64,000 nt of DNA from Nitrospirota bacterium (GCA_963751455.1 CAVVUN010000015.1:1280001-1344000), one strand, 5' to 3'; positions 1 to 10,035 are shown, counted from the stretch's first letter. A program made the numbers and translations. Notes: generated by a model from the letters alone, not told the origin.

Positions 1-201
1 TTCCAGCCCTCCGAGTTTGGGCATATTTATGTCCATGATCACGATATCGGGCTGCAGCTTGCCGGTTTTTTCTATGGCTTCAATCCCGTCGGATGCCTCG
101 CCTACGACCTCAACCTCGTCGCACAGCTTCAGGAAGGCTGCGATTCCTTCGCGGACAAGGGCATGATCGTCGGCGATCAGAACTCTCATTTTATGCGTCA
201 T
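1..201 (-). CDS. NarL/LuxR-family response regulator, N-terminal part (runs off window)
   Basis: Not in ORF track. Manual translation [24 protein letters not shown]...VVGEASDG...[11 protein letters not shown] is a receiver domain; GGAGG RBS upstream; overlaps the stop of the kinase. Confidence 0.9.
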   Translation of the reverse strand, partial: MTHKMRVLIADDHALVREGIAAFLKLCDEVEVVGEASDGIEAIEKTGKLQPDIVIMDINMPKLGGLE

Positions 202-2050
202 TTTCCACCTCCGTCTCATGCAGCGGAATGCGGATCCCGATCCTGGTGCCGATCCCCGGCTTTGAACAAATATCCAGATGTCCTCCGATCAGAAGTACCC
301 GCTCCTTCATGCCCAGGAAACCGAGGCCGCGGCGGTCGTCCGGAGAATCGGATTCTTTGTGATCATACAGCGATGCGAGATCGAAACCGACGCCGTCGTC
401 CTCGACCTCCGCAGAGACAGCATTGTTATCGCACTGGAAAATAACGATCACGTGTTCGGCCTCGGCGTGCCGGGCGATGTTGATGATCGCCTCCTGTAAC
501 ACCCTGAACAGGGTTGTTTCCACTTCGGGCCGAAACCGTCTGTCCTTGATTGCTGCGTCGTTCATGAAATATGTGGTGCCTCTTTGCCCGAGGTGGATAT
601 GGAGCAGAGATTTTACGGTTGCGGCGAGACCCAGGTCGTCAAGAAGAGAAGGTCTCAGGTTCTGCATGATCGAGAGGACCCCTTCCAGGCAGCCGAGCAC
701 GACTGTGCGGACGGAGTCTATCTTCTCCGGAGTTATCCCGGATGGCTGAAGTCTGCACATGTCGATCCCTATAAGGGCCGCAGAAAGCTCCTGAAGCGTG
801 CTGTCATGCAGTTCGCGGGCGATCCGTTTTCGTTCCTCTTCCTGGCTGGTAATCACTTTTTTCAGCAGCTCTTCCGCTCTTTGCTGGCTTTTATTGATCT
901 GGCGCGTTCGTTCTTCCACCCGGACTTCCAGTTCCTGCGCATGCTGCTGGATCTTTGCCATCGACTCCACGAGTTTCTCCCGCATGGTCTCGAAGCTCCG
1001 GCTCAGGATGCCGATCTCGTCACTGCCCTGCGGGGACACAGGCTTTGACAGCTCGCCCCGCGCTATCCGGTCTGCGCCGCGGATGAGTTCCTTGAGCGGA
1101 TTGACGATGCTGCGGTTGATGCCGATGGTGAGGATCAACGCAGTTTCTATGAAGATGATGCCGAGCACGATGAATTGATGCTTCAGGCTGGCCGCCGGCG
1201 CGAAAACGTCGTCCTTCAGCTCCTGTATGGACAGCCCCCAGGGCGCTGTTTCCAGGGGTACGAACGCCAGTACAGTGTTCTCTTTTTCCTGCCGGTTGCC
1301 GCTTTCATGGCAGACATGGCACGTCGCCACGCGCTCTTTCCGTTCCGAGATAATGGTTGTGAAAAAACTGTTGCGGTCGCACTGGGTATAAATCCGGGAA
1401 CGGCGGGATGAGGCAATGACCACCCCGTTTGAATCGACAATATCAATGAATTCGTTTTTCCCGATATCTACCAGGCCGAGTTTCTGCATCAGAAGAGGAC
1501 TGGTAGGGTCTATCTGTCCGCCCGCAACACCCACCGTAAGTCCATTCTTATCCTTGAGTGGAACAAGCACGTAAAGGACCTTTCTCATTGACGGCTCGAT
1601 CGTGTAAATGTTCGAAACCACCGGTTTGCCGAGCGAGAGCATCCTGTTTACCGGTTCTATGCTGAGTATGTTCAGCGAGACATCGTTCATTCTGGCGGGA
1701 TACGTCAAGAGTATGTTACCGCCGTTATCAAGCAGAAATATACCGTCCGTAAAAATGGAATAGCGGTATGCCGTTTTCATCGCCTCTTTCTCGGGCCGGA
1801 AATCGCTGTCGTTCAGATCGACCGCGCCCGAAAGGGAGATGTCGTACAGCCTGTTGATATTGTCCTTTATGATGTTGTCTATATTATTTCTGATCAGGCG
1901 CGACAGCGCGAGTTTTTTGGCGAGAAGGTCATTTATGTTTTTCTGAATTATGAAATGGCTTGTCACACCCAGGCTGATCAGAATGACGGAAATGCCTATC
2001 AGGATAAAGAGCGTTATTCTCTTCCGGAGACTCCCGGTGCGCTGGCTCAT
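191..2050 (-). CDS. Membrane sensor histidine kinase (Cache-like periplasmic domain with CxxCH, HAMP, HisKA_3, HATPase)
   Basis: Two TM helices; [13 protein letters not shown]-box; [11 protein letters not shown]-box; DDGVGF and [10 protein letters not shown]; CHVCH in the periplasmic region. Confidence 0.92.
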   Translation of the reverse strand: MSQRTGSLRKRITLFILIGISVILISLGVTSHFIIQKNINDLLAKKLALSRLIRNNIDNIIKDNINRLYDISLSGAVDLNDSDFRPEKEAMKTAYRYSIFTDGIFLLDNGGNILLTYPARMNDVSLNILSIEPVNRMLSLGKPVVSNIYTIEPSMRKVLYVLVPLKDKNGLTVGVAGGQIDPTSPLLMQKLGLVDIGKNEFIDIVDSNGVVIASSRRSRIYTQCDRNSFFTTIISERKERVATCHVCHESGNRQEKENTVLAFVPLETAPWGLSIQELKDDVFAPAASLKHQFIVLGIIFIETALILTIGINRSIVNPLKELIRGADRIARGELSKPVSPQGSDEIGILSRSFETMREKLVESMAKIQQHAQELEVRVEERTRQINKSQQRAEELLKKVITSQEEERKRIARELHDSTLQELSAALIGIDMCRLQPSGITPEKIDSVRTVVLGCLEGVLSIMQNLRPSLLDDLGLAATVKSLLHIHLGQRGTTYFMNDAAIKDRRFRPEVETTLFRVLQEAIINIARHAEAEHVIVIFQCDNNAVSAEVEDDGVGFDLASLYDHKESDSPDDRRGLGFLGMKERVLLIGGHLDICSKPGIGTRIGIRIPLHETEVENDA

Positions 2051-2132
2051 GGCTCAAAGTATAGCTCAACGATATAAAAACGGTAAAAAGGTTTATACGG
2101 GAGCGCACTCTTTTGCGACTTTAAGCAATTTT

Positions 2133-2840
2133 CTATGTCGGCATGGCTTTATTCTCAGCCTCTGTTGTCTTTTCAAGCTCGTTCGGATGCTCACTGAGCA
2201 TCCGCTCCTTCGATATATATCCGGTAAAAATTGTAGTGTCGAGGGGAAATACCTCCGGGCTGAATATCGAGTTGTAGACATGCCAGATGGATATGATGAG
2301 AAAGACGACGAGGGCTTCGTTCGTATGAAGCACTTTGGAGGCGGGTATGATTTCCCCCGGCAGGAACCCGGTCACGGCAACCGGAAACCACAGTATAATG
2401 CCGGTGAGCATCATGAGAAGAACCCCGGTAAGGATTCCCCAGTACTCGAACTTCTGTTTATAGGTATAGCGGGCCCCCCGTGCGGGCTCATCCTCCATAT
2501 TGAGGTAATAGCTTATGTCTGCAACCAGATCGGTGAAATCTTTTTTGGTAATGACCATGGAGGGCTGCCATCTTCCATGCACAATGCCGACGGCCGCAAC
2601 AACGAGGTGGACGATCACTTCCGCGGAAAAAAGCAGGCCTGCCAGACGATGGATCAACCGGACAGTGTCGATTCCGCCGAGATGCAGAATTATCCACTGA
2701 GAAGCATCGAGCAAAAAAAATTTTTGGGAAAGCCCGGTGCAGACGAGCACCATGAACGTGGCGACATGTATCCAGTGCTCGGCGATTCGTGCCCCCGAAA
2801 ACCTTTTTACATAACCGGTGAGAGCTTCTGCATTTTCCAT
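2133..2840 (-). CDS. Cytochrome b subunit (FdnI/Ni-hydrogenase b-type family)
   Basis: RFSGARIAEHW, IHR, YTYKQKFEYW, LHTNEA and IWHVYN: four TM helices with heme b His ligands. Confidence 0.88.
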   Translation of the reverse strand: MENAEALTGYVKRFSGARIAEHWIHVATFMVLVCTGLSQKFFLLDASQWIILHLGGIDTVRLIHRLAGLLFSAEVIVHLVVAAVGIVHGRWQPSMVITKKDFTDLVADISYYLNMEDEPARGARYTYKQKFEYWGILTGVLLMMLTGIILWFPVAVTGFLPGEIIPASKVLHTNEALVVFLIISIWHVYNSIFSPEVFPLDTTIFTGYISKERMLSEHPNELEKTTEAENKAMPT

Positions 2841-2855
2841 TGCCGCTCCTTTCCG

Positions 2856-4298
2856 TCACCTGTTGACGACATAACGCCATATATGCAGCAGGATCTGAAG
2901 GACCAGTCCGACAACCAGCACCGGTATGAAAATCCGATATATAACCGTCACGACATATACAAGGGGAGCGCGCTTGAAGTTCGGTTCGTAATGCGAAAGC
3001 CATGTATCGGGAAAATTTTTGGGAGCGCCTGCATGGCATTTTCGGCACCTTTTTTCGAGGTTCGCCTTCACGATGCTTGAGCGGGGGCCTATGGTTGTTG
3101 TAATGTTATGGCTGCCGTGACAATCAGTGCATACTGCCATGGCTTTTGCGGGCCGGTTCAGCGCATCCTTCTGCAGTTTGTAAAATTTGAGCGTCACTCC
3201 GTGAAAGTCGGCAAGATAGGTATCAACGACGCCGGTTGACAGCCCGTATTTACCGACGACCGACACATTAGCATGGCAGTTACTGCACATTTCAGGGATT
3301 CGTTCCCGGTAATTCAGCTTCCGGGGGTCTTCCATGGTGTGGGCCGTGTGACAATCGGCGCAGACCGGCACATCCTGATTATTTTCATTGAACAGCGCGC
3401 TTCCGTGAACGCTTTTTGCGTATATTTCGTAGATTTCCGGATGGCACCGCTGGCACCTCTTGGCGATGGACGCCCTTTCCTTGCCGGTACGTGAAATGCC
3501 GTGCGACCCATGGCAGTCGATGCAGACCGGCGCGGACGTATTGCCCTGGCTCAGCATGGTGTAATGTATGCTTTCCATGGTTTTGGTGTATTTGTCGAAG
3601 TGACACCGTCTGCAGTTGTCGGAAGAAGCCAGTGTGTAGTCCCTGCGCGTTGCGAAATTCCTGTTCGGGTGCTCTTCCGACGAAAAACCGTAATGACAGT
3701 CGGAACACGAGAGCTTGTTGTGGACCGAATTCAGAAGTTTGAGCCGGTCAATGGTCACGGACACGGTTTCGCCGTTTCTGAAGCGCATGGTACTGCGCCC
3801 GCTATGACATTTCATGCAGTATGCCTCTTCATTGGTGTATTTTGCGGTCCTTGTCACGCCCCTGATTTCATGAGAACCGTGACAGTTGGTGCACAGTATC
3901 GGTACACCCTTCTTTTCCTGCTCAAGAAGGGCGACATGAATTCCGCTCTTTTTTATCTCCGGATTCCTATGGCAGTGCCGGCAGGCGAGCGACGCTTTGG
4001 TCTGGTAATGGAGTTTGTTACGGAATTTTCTTTCCGGGTGGCGTCCTGACGCAAAGTCGGAATGGCAGCCGGAGCAGGAGAGCGAGTTATGGACCGATTT
4101 TCGAAAGGCATCCGCGTTGATATATGCTTCTATCGATTCATTGTTGTCGAAAACGACCTGGATCCCCGGTTTCGCGTGGCACGAAAGGCAGGACGCAGAT
4201 TCTTCAGAAAGACGGTTCTCGCTGCCGGCTGCCGAACGGGACAGGCACAGGGAGAAAAGCATCAAGACCAGGAGAATCGGAAACGCATCTCTCTTCAT
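2856..4298 (-). CDS. Membrane-anchored multiheme cytochrome c (13 CxxCH)
   Basis: Signal peptide from MKRDAF; 13 CxxCH motifs counted; C-terminal TM helix. Confidence 0.92.
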   Translation of the reverse strand: MKRDAFPILLVLMLFSLCLSRSAAGSENRLSEESASCLSCHAKPGIQVVFDNNESIEAYINADAFRKSVHNSLSCSGCHSDFASGRHPERKFRNKLHYQTKASLACRHCHRNPEIKKSGIHVALLEQEKKGVPILCTNCHGSHEIRGVTRTAKYTNEEAYCMKCHSGRSTMRFRNGETVSVTIDRLKLLNSVHNKLSCSDCHYGFSSEEHPNRNFATRRDYTLASSDNCRRCHFDKYTKTMESIHYTMLSQGNTSAPVCIDCHGSHGISRTGKERASIAKRCQRCHPEIYEIYAKSVHGSALFNENNQDVPVCADCHTAHTMEDPRKLNYRERIPEMCSNCHANVSVVGKYGLSTGVVDTYLADFHGVTLKFYKLQKDALNRPAKAMAVCTDCHGSHNITTTIGPRSSIVKANLEKRCRKCHAGAPKNFPDTWLSHYEPNFKRAPLVYVVTVIYRIFIPVLVVGLVLQILLHIWRYVVNR

Positions 4299-4428
4299 AT
4301 GTACCCCCGGCGCCAAATCCGAAAATCGGGAAAAAACGGCAGAGAATAACGCGAAAGCATTCTTGCAGCGCTTACGCTGTGTCGCCGTCGACCGTCATTC
4401 TCTGCACTCCTCAAACAGGAGAGAACTG

Positions 4429-5682
4429 TCAATGAGATTCTTTGTAGTCAGGATGCGCGTGCAGCACCGGCATACGGTTCAAAATCCACCGGAAAATCAA
4501 AATGTGAATCGTCGCGATTGTCAATACCGCCATGCTTTCCTTCCAGGGCGGAATAATGTGATGGAGATGCTCCGGAAGCTTCCAGTTCAGAGCGATTATC
4601 GAGACATTGATCCTGTTCACGATTATGCCGGCAACGGCGTAGAACGCTGCGAACCGGACTGCGGCGACGCTCTGTTTTTTAACCCCGTAGGTGAAAATAA
4701 GGGCCGGGGTTAGAACGAATCCCAGTACCTCGACAAGGTACCAGTAGCCATAGGGCGTGGTGAGATAGTGCCAGTTGCTGTCATGGGCTATGCCGATCAT
4801 CTTGAATACAAGATATACGTACATGCCGACTGCCGCTCCCTGCCCCAGTCCGAGGGTCAGATTGGGAAGGGTATGCAGGAATTCCTCGTCGCACCTCGCC
4901 TTGAGGAACCGCGCTGCAAGCGTGCTCACCATAATTACCATGGCAAGGGCCGCGTAGATGCTCGAACTGAGGAAAAATATCGGAATGTAAGAGCTGTACC
5001 ACAAGGGATGCAGTTTCCCGGGAACCAGCAGGTACATGGCGCCCAATGCAGACTGATGCAGCGTGGAGAGGATGATGCCGGCGATGGTCATTCCTATCGT
5101 CAGCAAAACGGCCCATCTCCTGACCCGCTGCGATTTCAGCCACTCGAGGATCGCCGGGCTGAATTCTATGAGTTGTACGGTCAGGTAAGTGGCAACATGC
5201 CATGCGACCAGGAACAGCACCGATTGCGTGCCGAACCCGATGATCATCGGATAATAGATGCGCCACGGTCTTCCCAGGTCCACAAGCAGATAGATGACTG
5301 CGAAGAGGTACCCGAGGAAGCCTGTCAGAACGCCGAGTCTCAACAGGGGATGGTATCTCCTGAACCCGAAAATGTAGTATGCCGTTGCCATGACAAACCC
5401 TGTTGCAGACAGCGGTACGCCTCCGAACAGTCCCCAGCCGAGGTACAGGCCCCAGGGATATACGTTAGAGGCATGGGTGGCGAAGGCAAGTCCGTAATAA
5501 AACCTGAGGGCCAATATAGGCAGCCCGATGCTCAGAATGATCGCCGCGACAATATTGAACGGCGTGATCAGGCTCTGGATATATTCGGGCCATGACATGC
5601 CCATCAGGAGCTTATTCATGAACCAGGAGCGAAAGTCTCCTGATCCTACCTCTGCGGGTTTGATAACGCCATTGGTGCTCAT
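4429..5682 (-). CDS. NrfD/PsrC-family membrane subunit (HybB/HmcC-like)
   Basis: YPWGL, VDLGRPWR, LSTLHQSALG and KLHPLWYS; about 10 TM helices. Confidence 0.9.
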   Translation of the reverse strand: MSTNGVIKPAEVGSGDFRSWFMNKLLMGMSWPEYIQSLITPFNIVAAIILSIGLPILALRFYYGLAFATHASNVYPWGLYLGWGLFGGVPLSATGFVMATAYYIFGFRRYHPLLRLGVLTGFLGYLFAVIYLLVDLGRPWRIYYPMIIGFGTQSVLFLVAWHVATYLTVQLIEFSPAILEWLKSQRVRRWAVLLTIGMTIAGIILSTLHQSALGAMYLLVPGKLHPLWYSSYIPIFFLSSSIYAALAMVIMVSTLAARFLKARCDEEFLHTLPNLTLGLGQGAAVGMYVYLVFKMIGIAHDSNWHYLTTPYGYWYLVEVLGFVLTPALIFTYGVKKQSVAAVRFAAFYAVAGIIVNRINVSIIALNWKLPEHLHHIIPPWKESMAVLTIATIHILIFRWILNRMPVLHAHPDYKESH

Positions 5683-6674
5683 TTTTTCACCTCCGCTTTT
5701 TTATCTGCGTCCTTTTTTTCCTCGTCGATGGCATCCCGATGCCGCAAAGCCGCATATATCGTCCCAAAGAGGGCGGGCCATGCCGTTAATACGACGGGCA
5801 CAGCCGAAAGGAACCCCTTGGTTTCTTCGATGAGCGGTTTGTTCGGGAGGTCCGTCGGCAGACCGACCTGATCGAAGGGGACGCCGGAGATATACATCCA
5901 GTTCGTACCGCCTACTTCATTCTCTCCGTAAATGTGATCTATATACCTGTCGGGATTGTCCGCGATTTTCTTCCTGGCCAGTTTGATCAGCTCTTCGCGC
6001 TTCCCGAATATCAGCGCTCCGGCCGGACATGCCTCCGCGCATGCCGTAACCTTGCCTTCCTGGATCCTGGATCGGCACATCGTGCATTTGCGGATCCGCG
6101 GCTCGAGCGCGCTCCAGTAATCGTAGGCCGGGACGTTAAAGGGGCAGGAAGTCATGCAGTACCGGCATCCGAAGCACAAGTCCGGATTATACTCGACCGC
6201 GCCTTCCGGCGTTTTTGAATATGCATGGATCGGGCAGGAAGTAAGGCAGGCAGGCTCCTTGCAGTGGTTGCACTGAATTTTTCGGTAGATCGGCTTGCTC
6301 TTGTCCTTGGGGTTTTCATACCGGTTTACCACCGTGTATGCCTTATGAGTCGGTGAACGCAGTTCTTCGAAAACGGAACCGTCGTCAAAAGGCTTGTCCG
6401 GCGAAGGGAAACCGTTTGCTTCATTGCACGCCTTCTCGCAGCTCCGGCAGCCGACGCACGCAGTCAGATCGGTCAGAACGCCGTAGCTGTTCGGATAACC
6501 TTCAAATTCTGTTGAAGCGAGGGCCTTTCCGGTGCGGCCGAGCAGCACTGTGCCGCCGATGGCGCTGACCGTTCCCAGAAAGACGCGTCTGTTCATGGCA
6601 AGGCCCGGTTCATTCTTCTGCTCTTTCTTCTCCTCAACGGGCCCGTTTGTCGGATTGAGCGGTTCTCTATCCAT
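5679..6674 (-). CDS. Tat-exported 4Fe-4S dicluster protein (HybA/HmcB-like)
   Basis: NRRVFL twin-arginine motif; CVGCRSC..C, CNHC..C..C, CFGCRYC..C and CTMC..C..C; C-terminal TM helix. Confidence 0.92.
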   Translation of the reverse strand: MDREPLNPTNGPVEEKKEQKNEPGLAMNRRVFLGTVSAIGGTVLLGRTGKALASTEFEGYPNSYGVLTDLTACVGCRSCEKACNEANGFPSPDKPFDDGSVFEELRSPTHKAYTVVNRYENPKDKSKPIYRKIQCNHCKEPACLTSCPIHAYSKTPEGAVEYNPDLCFGCRYCMTSCPFNVPAYDYWSALEPRIRKCTMCRSRIQEGKVTACAEACPAGALIFGKREELIKLARKKIADNPDRYIDHIYGENEVGGTNWMYISGVPFDQVGLPTDLPNKPLIEETKGFLSAVPVVLTAWPALFGTIYAALRHRDAIDEEKKDADKKAEVKK

Positions 6675-6725
6675 AAGAAGCCTCCTCAGTGGGTTCAGTC
6701 GTCCGAATCAATCGTTCGAGGACCA

Positions 6726-7205
6726 TCATTGAACCCTGGTTCCAGCGCTCTTCGTTTTTTTTGCGTGACACATTTCCGTGCAGCCCTTCGGATCCAAACC
6801 GATATTTCCCATTCCCCTGTGACACTCGAAACATTTCTTGTGATATGCGACCTTGAGCCCGGGCATTCCGGGGTTTTCCCGGTCAAACGAGCCGTGGCAG
6901 TTGGAACACGGCATGAACCCGTTTACGACCGAGTTTTTGAATTGGGCCGGGCTGAGGCCGTGGCAGCCTTTGCAGGACGAGGTGTCCCCGTTTCCATGGT
7001 GATGGCACGACGCGCAGCTCCCCGCAAGCGATACATGCTTCGCGTGATCGAAGGCGACCGGATCGTATTTATCGGAAATGTTGCCCAGCATGCGGACCCC
7101 TGGCAGTCGCTCGGCGGCAGCGGCCTGCTGAGCTCCCCCGAATGCGAGAGCTGCCAACAGTGCGCACAATGCGGAGCCGAGCACGATGCTTGCTTTCTTT
7201 TTCAT
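6726..7205 (-). CDS. Class III (c3-type) periplasmic cytochrome c
   Basis: Signal peptide from MKKKAS with GGAGGAG RBS; FDHAKH; four CxxCH plus one CTEMCH (CX3CH). Confidence 0.88.
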   Translation of the reverse strand: MKKKASIVLGSALCALLAALAFGGAQQAAAAERLPGVRMLGNISDKYDPVAFDHAKHVSLAGSCASCHHHGNGDTSSCKGCHGLSPAQFKNSVVNGFMPCSNCHGSFDRENPGMPGLKVAYHKKCFECHRGMGNIGLDPKGCTEMCHAKKTKSAGTRVQ

Positions 7206-7339
7206 CTTCTCCTCCCTTGCAATCATTGGTAAAGACTGATAGTTCTCGGCAGAGGGCGCCGGACCGGAACCCGGAGATCCTGCTTCTCATCTCCTTCCGT
7301 TTCAGCGCCTCTCCCACGGACGTGACGGGAAGATCTTCT

Positions 7340-7765
7340 CTAGTTGGGCTTCGCGGAACCGCCTTTTTTCCCCTTGGCGTCCGCTTTTTTCTTCTTACCT
7401 GCCAAATACGCCTCCATGGGTCTCCATTCGAACGTTACGCTCTTACCGGCGACGCTTGCGGTTGCTTTCGCGGCGAGGTTTACGATTGCGGCGGCCAGAG
7501 CCACGAAAAACCCGATCGGCAGCATTACGATATAAGCGAGCCCGATGAACGGCGCAGCAGCTATCTTGCCAGCGAATTTCATGAGGTGTGAAAATCCTCC
7601 GGATTGCTCGATGTAGCCGAGGTCGTCCTTCCCGGTCGCTACAACCGTTTTGAAAGGCCGCGGTTTCAAAATTTCCCAGAAAAGGAGAAATCCGGCGATG
7701 GCAAGGAGTGACATGATATACTCTATTCCCTTTACATGAGTGATAAAGTCTACGAGTGTGTACAT
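7340..7765 (-). CDS. Small membrane protein, HmcD-like N-terminus plus shared C-terminal domain
   Basis: MYTLVDFITHVKGIEYI resembles HmcD-type starts (recalled, not searched); C-terminus is shared with the two upstream paralogs; GGAGG RBS. Confidence 0.7.
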   Translation of the reverse strand: MYTLVDFITHVKGIEYIMSLLAIAGFLLFWEILKPRPFKTVVATGKDDLGYIEQSGGFSHLMKFAGKIAAAPFIGLAYIVMLPIGFFVALAAAIVNLAAKATASVAGKSVTFEWRPMEAYLAGKKKKADAKGKKGGSAKPN

Positions 7766-7829
7766 GGTGGTGCCTCCTCTCTTCGTTTTTTTTAACTCCT
7801 GGTGCTCACTAGTGCGAGCATGCATTTCG

Positions 7830-8183
7830 TTATTTGCGATCCTGCTTCTCTTTCTCCTGTTTTTTCTTTTTTCCGGACAGATAAGCGTTTCGGGGCCTCC
7901 ATCCGAAGGAGACCGTTTTTACGGCCAGGTTATACATGCCGGTGAAAAGGCCGCGCACGGCAAAGAGCACTACTGTTCCTATGCCGATTATCGGCATCAA
8001 GATTGCGTAGAGAAGCCCGATGACCGGCCCGGACAACAGCATGACGGCTACGGGCATCTTCAGATAGCTTGAAGCGCCATCACCGGGAAGAATATCCTCT
8101 TCTGCCACGTCTACCCTGAGTCCTTTGCGTAAATCCCAATAAGTGCCCCTGCCGACTCTGCTTCCGCCCTTGTATGTAAACAT
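7830..8183 (-). CDS. Small membrane protein (paralog 2)
   Basis: GGAGGTG RBS; YKGGSRVGRGTYWD...KTVSFGWRPRNAYLSGKKKK. Confidence 0.8.
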   Translation of the reverse strand: MFTYKGGSRVGRGTYWDLRKGLRVDVAEEDILPGDGASSYLKMPVAVMLLSGPVIGLLYAILMPIIGIGTVVLFAVRGLFTGMYNLAVKTVSFGWRPRNAYLSGKKKKQEKEKQDRK

Positions 8184-8352
8184 TGTCTTCACCTCCCTTT
8201 CCGTGAACCGGCAACCGTATTTGGTTCTAGCCTATCAGTTGCCGAAGAGAACCGGAATTGCAAGAAAGTCCTAATTTCAGCGGAAATATATCCTAGGAGC
8301 AAAATATCACAGTACGTTTCAAAACAGTGTTTTTCCGCAAGCTTCTATGGTC

Positions 8353-8694
8353 CTATTCCTTTTTCCCGCTCTTTTTCTTCTTCCCTGACAGATAAGCGTT
8401 TCTCGGTGTCCATCCGAATGATACGGTCTTGGCTGCCAGATTGTAGGCGCCGCCAACAATTCTGCCCACAGCCAGAGTCGCGGCAGTTGCAATGCCGAGC
8501 AGCGGCATTACCGCAGCGTAGACCAGCCCGATGACCGGTCCGGACAGAAGAACGACCGAGGGCCGCAGCCTCAGGTACGTCGCCCCGCCGCCTCCTGAAA
8601 GAATGGCATCACCCGGTACGTCGATTCTCCGTCCGCTCGAAAAATCCCAGTATGTTCCCTTTCCGACCCTGTTTCCGCCTTTGTAGATAATCAT
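8353..8694 (-). CDS. Small membrane protein (paralog 1)
   Basis: GGAGGTG RBS; YKGGNRVGKGTYWD...KTVSFGWTPRNAYLSGKKKK. Confidence 0.8.
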   Translation of the reverse strand: MIIYKGGNRVGKGTYWDFSSGRRIDVPGDAILSGGGGATYLRLRPSVVLLSGPVIGLVYAAVMPLLGIATAATLAVGRIVGGAYNLAAKTVSFGWTPRNAYLSGKKKKSGKKE

Positions 8695-8879
8695 GTTGTC
8701 CACCTCCTTTCGATTCGATTTGTTCTTTGTCTATAAATCTCCCCGTGGAACTGGTAAGCATCTTCTTTTCTTGTTGTATTTATAGCAAGCGACAGGAGCT
8801 TTGACTATTGGCGGATATTCCTATTCGAAAGGAATAATAGTCCTAATCAGAGGGCGTTTATTGAGGAAAAAGCGATAAA

Positions 8880-9055
8880 CCTAGAAAAAAGCATTTGGGA
8901 CGCAGAAAAATCGGATAAGCGCAGATAAGGTCGGATAAAAAAACGTTCTTGTATCGTAAAAGCAGTCACCCTGCGGATGAATTTTTTTCTCTAAAAATTC
9001 TTTTGTTTGATCTGCGGTTATCTGCGTTCATCTGCGTCCAACTGCCGTTTTCAGG
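8880..9055. repeat. About 176-bp MITE-like palindromic element, copy 1 (copy 2 at 26335-26510)
   Basis: Near-identical second copy; ends CCTAGAAAAAAGCATTTGGGACGCAG / CTGCGTCCAACTGCCGTTTTCAGG are imperfect inverted repeats. Confidence 0.85.
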
Positions 9056-9153
9056 ATAAAGAGGCACAAGTAAGACACAGAATTGGGGGGACGAGCTGAG
9101 AAGATGCTGTTAAAATAGGGATAAACTGCATGACTTCTAACTTCTGCTACCGG

Positions 9154-9678
9154 CTATCTCAGCATGCTGTCGGCGATCTTGATGAGCTCAAACGGAGCAG
9201 ATCTCATTGTAAGCGCTATGCGCGCTTCGGCCTCGGTCCAGGATATTCTGCTGCAGGTCTCGCTGCCGCAGGTTCCCACCTCCAGAACGGCATTTCTGTC
9301 TTTTAACCGGTACTGAACTTTTTCCCTGACCTGTGTGAGCGTTATAAAAGCATTGCCCGGAAAGGAATCCGAACCTGCCTGGGAAACGACGAGCGCAGGT
9401 TCACGGCTGCCTGCCCGGCTGAACACGATCAGCATTGCGGGAAACGGCTTTGACTGTGCCAGCACCTCGGATGGCGGCCAGAATATGGTCTGCGGGAAAT
9501 AGGTCGGGACCAGGACGTTCTTCAGGTTCAATTTTGCCCGCGCTTCTTCGATGCTGTCGTATTTTCTCAGGGTGTCCTTCTTCAGCGCGAGCGGAAGCCA
9601 GTTCAAAAGCAGCAAAGTGATAACGACCGCTGCAATGGTCGATAAGAAATAGAACAAGGCCTGTGTTCTGGAGCGCAT
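9154..9678 (-). CDS. Hypothetical membrane-anchored protein
   Basis: Likely start MRSRTQAL; one N-terminal TM helix; the ORF-track extension runs through repeat DNA. Confidence 0.7.
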   Translation of the reverse strand: MRSRTQALFYFLSTIAAVVITLLLLNWLPLALKKDTLRKYDSIEEARAKLNLKNVLVPTYFPQTIFWPPSEVLAQSKPFPAMLIVFSRAGSREPALVVSQAGSDSFPGNAFITLTQVREKVQYRLKDRNAVLEVGTCGSETCSRISWTEAEARIALTMRSAPFELIKIADSMLR

Positions 9679-9976
9679 GCTGTTACCCCCTAACCCGGAC
9701 AAGCCGGAACCAACCGTTAAACCGCCAAGGCGCAATGGTCGCGAGGAAGGCTCAAACCAAATACTGGTTTTTAATATCAAAAACGTTTCCCGGTTTCCTC
9801 GCGTCCCTCGCGTCTCTCGTGCCCAGCGTTTATGAGTGCTATAGCGCGAGTGCAGGGTATCGCGGTAAATATTTTCTTGCCTTTTTGAGAAGATTTTCAC
9901 TCGTAACTGACTATGCGTCGGCCGGGACTTCGCCCGGCAGACAAGGCCCTTCGGGCAGTTTGAATTTAACGCTTTT

Positions 9977-10035
9977 GTAGGGCGAGGCTTTAGCGCTGAT
10001 CACCGGGAAGCCGCAACCCTGAAGGGTTGCCCTAC
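9977..10035. repeat. GTAG-type REP doublet
   Basis: GTAGGGCGAGGCTTTAG...AACCCTGAAGGGTTGCCCTAC; related copy at 34334-34398. Confidence 0.75.

Noticed and set aside
1950-3080. 376-aa plus-strand ORF and other long antisense ORFs (e.g. 10089-11108, 29625-30554, 51126-52073)
   Set aside because: Shadow frames of well-supported genes on the opposite strand; no recognisable motifs
9679-9900. N-terminal extension of the 248-aa ORF
   Set aside because: Translates through palindromic repeat DNA; the TM-containing protein more plausibly starts at 9678
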